NCBI RefSeq assembly: GCF_001194135.2
Contig: NC_068983.1
Coordinates: 70,756,232 to 70,795,035 of the forward strand
Origin: Octopus bimaculoides
Taxonomy: Eukaryota
DNA length: 38,804 nt
Direction of reading: 5' to 3'
Both the position numbers and the translations under genes were made by a program. The number at the start of each line of letters is the position of its first letter. The stretch's first letter is position 1. Shown here piece after piece: positions 35,886 to 38,804 of this stretch. A model generated the notes under the pieces. The model was not told the origin of the DNA. It ran no database searches and saw only the letters and a list, made by a program, of their open reading frames with translations.

Positions 35886-37549
35886 AAGTGAGCGAAAGAG
35901 AGAAAATATGTCTTAAGACTCAGTACCTTACATCTTGGGCGTGTATCAAATTCTTCGCATGTGTCTTCTATTTCTGCCATTCTCTCAACTCTCTTTTCTT
36001 CTAGGCCTTATCACTTTCCCTGTATGTATTTGTGTGTTACTATCCTCCTATCTCACTCGTTGTGTTCTCTATCATCTCATTATGTGAACACATTGCAAGA
36101 AAGCTCTCAGTTAATATGCGTTCTCTTTGTCTATCAAAATGCCTCTAAGATTTCCTCTTATTGTTTGACGTAGATTCAAACGCATATGAATAGAACTGCG
36201 CGAAATATATATATTTATATATATGTATTTATATATGTGTGTGCGCGTGCGTACGTGCGTGTTATGTGCGCGCACGCACGTGCACGTGTGTGTGTGTGCA
36301 TATATATATATAGTGATTAATAAAGGATTGTCAATACAAATTATCATACAAATATCATACCGTTATCATACACCAAGTTAACAAAGGGTTTTTTAAAATT
36401 TGTACTGACCTCCAGAAAATCACCGAAGGTGAGACAGGATTTTAAACTCCATCTCTAGTCGACTCTGTAAATCCGTAGCTGCATTACTAAGTTAACAGGG
36501 TATGCTTTCACGGAGTGGTATACCGGAAAAAGCATAAATAATGGACTTTATACATTTGTTATTTGTGTATCGTGGACTTACAGCTGTTTCTCTTATACAT
36601 TTCTGGTGTATTCGTGGTTCTGTTTACTCAATCGCTTGATTGATCGATTGAAAATAGTGAGCGACTGTTAAAAATGCTGTCGTCTTCAGAATCAACACAA
36701 GGCCTTGACTTGATGTGGTGGCTGTAAGTCAACAATGCACAAATAAACAAACGTATAAAGTCTACTTTGTAAACTTTTCTTGCATGTATGTCATTATAAG
36801 ATCTATTTCAAGATTTCTTGCAGTACAGAAAAAACGGCTTTGTAACCTAGATCCAAGGCTCCTTCATTAGAATTTCCACAACATCAATAGAGTATTTTTG
36901 CATATATATGTGCATATGTGCAGTATTTAGATTCAATGTATGTGCAGATTTGTATGCTTTGTTTTATGTATTTATTCTCATGCATAAAGTTGCATTCTAG
37001 ACTTGTGCATATATACTTAAACAGTAAACTTCTGGAATGTATCTATGCGTGTATGTTTGTATGTATGTATGTATGCATGCATGCATGTATGTATGTATTT
37101 ATGCGTACATACATGGATACGTATATGTATGAATATTTTTACATAGGTGTGTGCAAGTAATCAGTCACAGACTGGTTTTCATTTTGATCCTATTACAACC
37201 ACAGTAGAGTTATGCCACCTCTGTATTTGAAAGACATGTATGTTCCTGAAAACGCAACTACAGTCCGACAGAAATATATTTAATTACTATATTTATATCT
37301 CGTCGTCATCCGTAAAGATTTCTAGCTGCCCAATTACTATTTTATATATTCTTGACGTTGAGTGAGAGTGAGGTGCAAGGGAAAGGGAAACAAGAAAGAA
37401 TATATAATTTGTTTTATCTCAAGAGATGTTGCGTTTAATGTACTAGCCATTTTACTTTCTATCTAAGTATGCATGTATGCATGCATGTGCATATATATGT
37501 AGTATGTGGCCTGTGTATGAATGCGTATATACGATTGTGAAAATAATCT

Positions 37550-37680
37550 ACATCTTTAGCCACTCAGTTTCCATCCACTAAATTTTACCAACCTAAAACT
37601 AGAAGATATTTATTCTAGATACGGCAAGTTGGTATCGAGCCCGGAACCTGGGGGGTGAGAAACAAACTTGTAAATCAGAC
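37550..37680 (-). mobile_element. Highly degenerate SINE head
   Basis: Patchy similarity (tcagtttcc, agaagatattt, cgagcccggaacc) to 18095-18241. Confidence 0.4.
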
Positions 37681-38804
37681 ACCTGTACCTGATCCCAAAA
37701 GGCCAACTATTATGTGATACACAAAAGAAAACGTCATTAGCAACTGTGAAATTGTTTGATAATCAACAATGGAAAAATCTGGTCAATCTAACATCTCAGG
37801 AATTAAACTTAACAAAGTTAAAGAGGAAAAACAAACTGTTCTACTAGGATAGTACCATAAAAGATTCATTTTTGACACATCCGGAACTCTTCCGTCACAA
37901 AAGGAAGAGTAGCCAAATAAATACACTGGCTTGACCATATTCTGCACAAAATTCTATTCCTTATTTAGACAGAGGTATAAAGTGTGAAGCAATTTTTCTA
38001 TTTAAATTCTAACTCTACAGACTCCAAACAAAGCTAAAATTCAGAAATATGTCAACATAAATACTTTTGACTCATTTTCCGTCAGTACTATAAAGTGTTA
38101 TGCATAGTATATACTTAAAAGATTTTTTTATAAACAGCTGATTTAATGTTTATGATAATATATTGTGATATTCTGAAAACAACTGAACTGTTACCGTAAG
38201 ATTGGATAATAAGATGTGCTTATTGACTAAATATATGAACCAACGAACAACTAGAAATATGACTTGAATGTGGTGTTTTATGTAATATAGATAAAAGTAA
38301 AAGAGCAATCATGGAATATTAGATTCGTCAGTTATCTTCAAGCTTTCGGAATGGTTTGCACAATTCCAAAACATTTTGCTAACAGTCAAGTATTATGCAC
38401 AAACACCATATGCAATGAAGTATTGCGTATAACTATATATTCTTGATGAGTTTCCTTAAAATGAAGAAATTTAGAGTGAAATTCATTGTTGATTGTTGTT
38501 GAATCTGTTGAATCTGCAAGGAAGATAGATTGCTGGAAATACAATGCTTATCCCGAGCAAAATGTATGCTTGCATGAGTACAAAATATGCGCCCGAAACT
38601 AAAACATCTATCGCTTTGTTTATAGATTCTGGAGCGATACTCTTGAAAGTTTAATGAAACTATTTCGAAAGTCACACGCTTAAATCTATCCTCTAACTTA
38701 CTTATGAACACTAATACGCCATTTTTTAAGTGGACTTTTACACATGTTAGTGTTAGTGGGAGTGTAAGGTGGCGAACTGGTGTATGTATATATATATATG
38801 TATG

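Noticed and set aside
36416-36428. 13-nt microexon-like segment between ctgacctccag and gtgaga
   Set aside because: Not frame-preserving, there is no gene context, and it is compatible with chance.
384-37160. Dozens of ORFs rich in YI, CV, TH, LSIY or X
   Set aside because: They are translations of microsatellites or N gaps, not genes.
38433-38711. 92-aa minus-strand ORF with an internal acceptor-like site
   Set aside because: No recognisable domain, and the length is within random expectation.
1-38804. CRISPR arrays, operons or other prokaryotic systems
   Set aside because: No repeat-spacer arrays or gene-dense regions; the sequence is clearly repeat-rich animal DNA.

Overview
AT-rich, microsatellite-dense eukaryotic intronic or intergenic DNA with four N gaps. 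The SINE families and repeat density look like an Octopus (coleoid cephalopod) genome; this is an inference from recognised repeat types, not a database result. No host protein-coding exon, tRNA or rRNA gene can be supported. The window is a layered collection of decayed transposons: about a dozen tRNA-derived SINE copies or fragments, a mariner, a Tigger/pogo transposase pseudogene, RTE, RLE-type and L1/Tx1-like LINE remnants, and two Penelope-like elements. Three observations stand out. (1) Four hammerhead-ribozyme motifs of three unrelated sequence types are present, including a 358-bp palindrome with an intact-core hammerhead on each arm and a compensatory stem II change. (2) One Penelope GIY-YIG endonuclease has its GIVY and YIG motifs separated by an in-frame 196-codon Ser/Asn-rich insertion that the ORF track misses. 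(3) There are several fold-back structures, including a perfect 23-bp pre-miRNA-sized hairpin.
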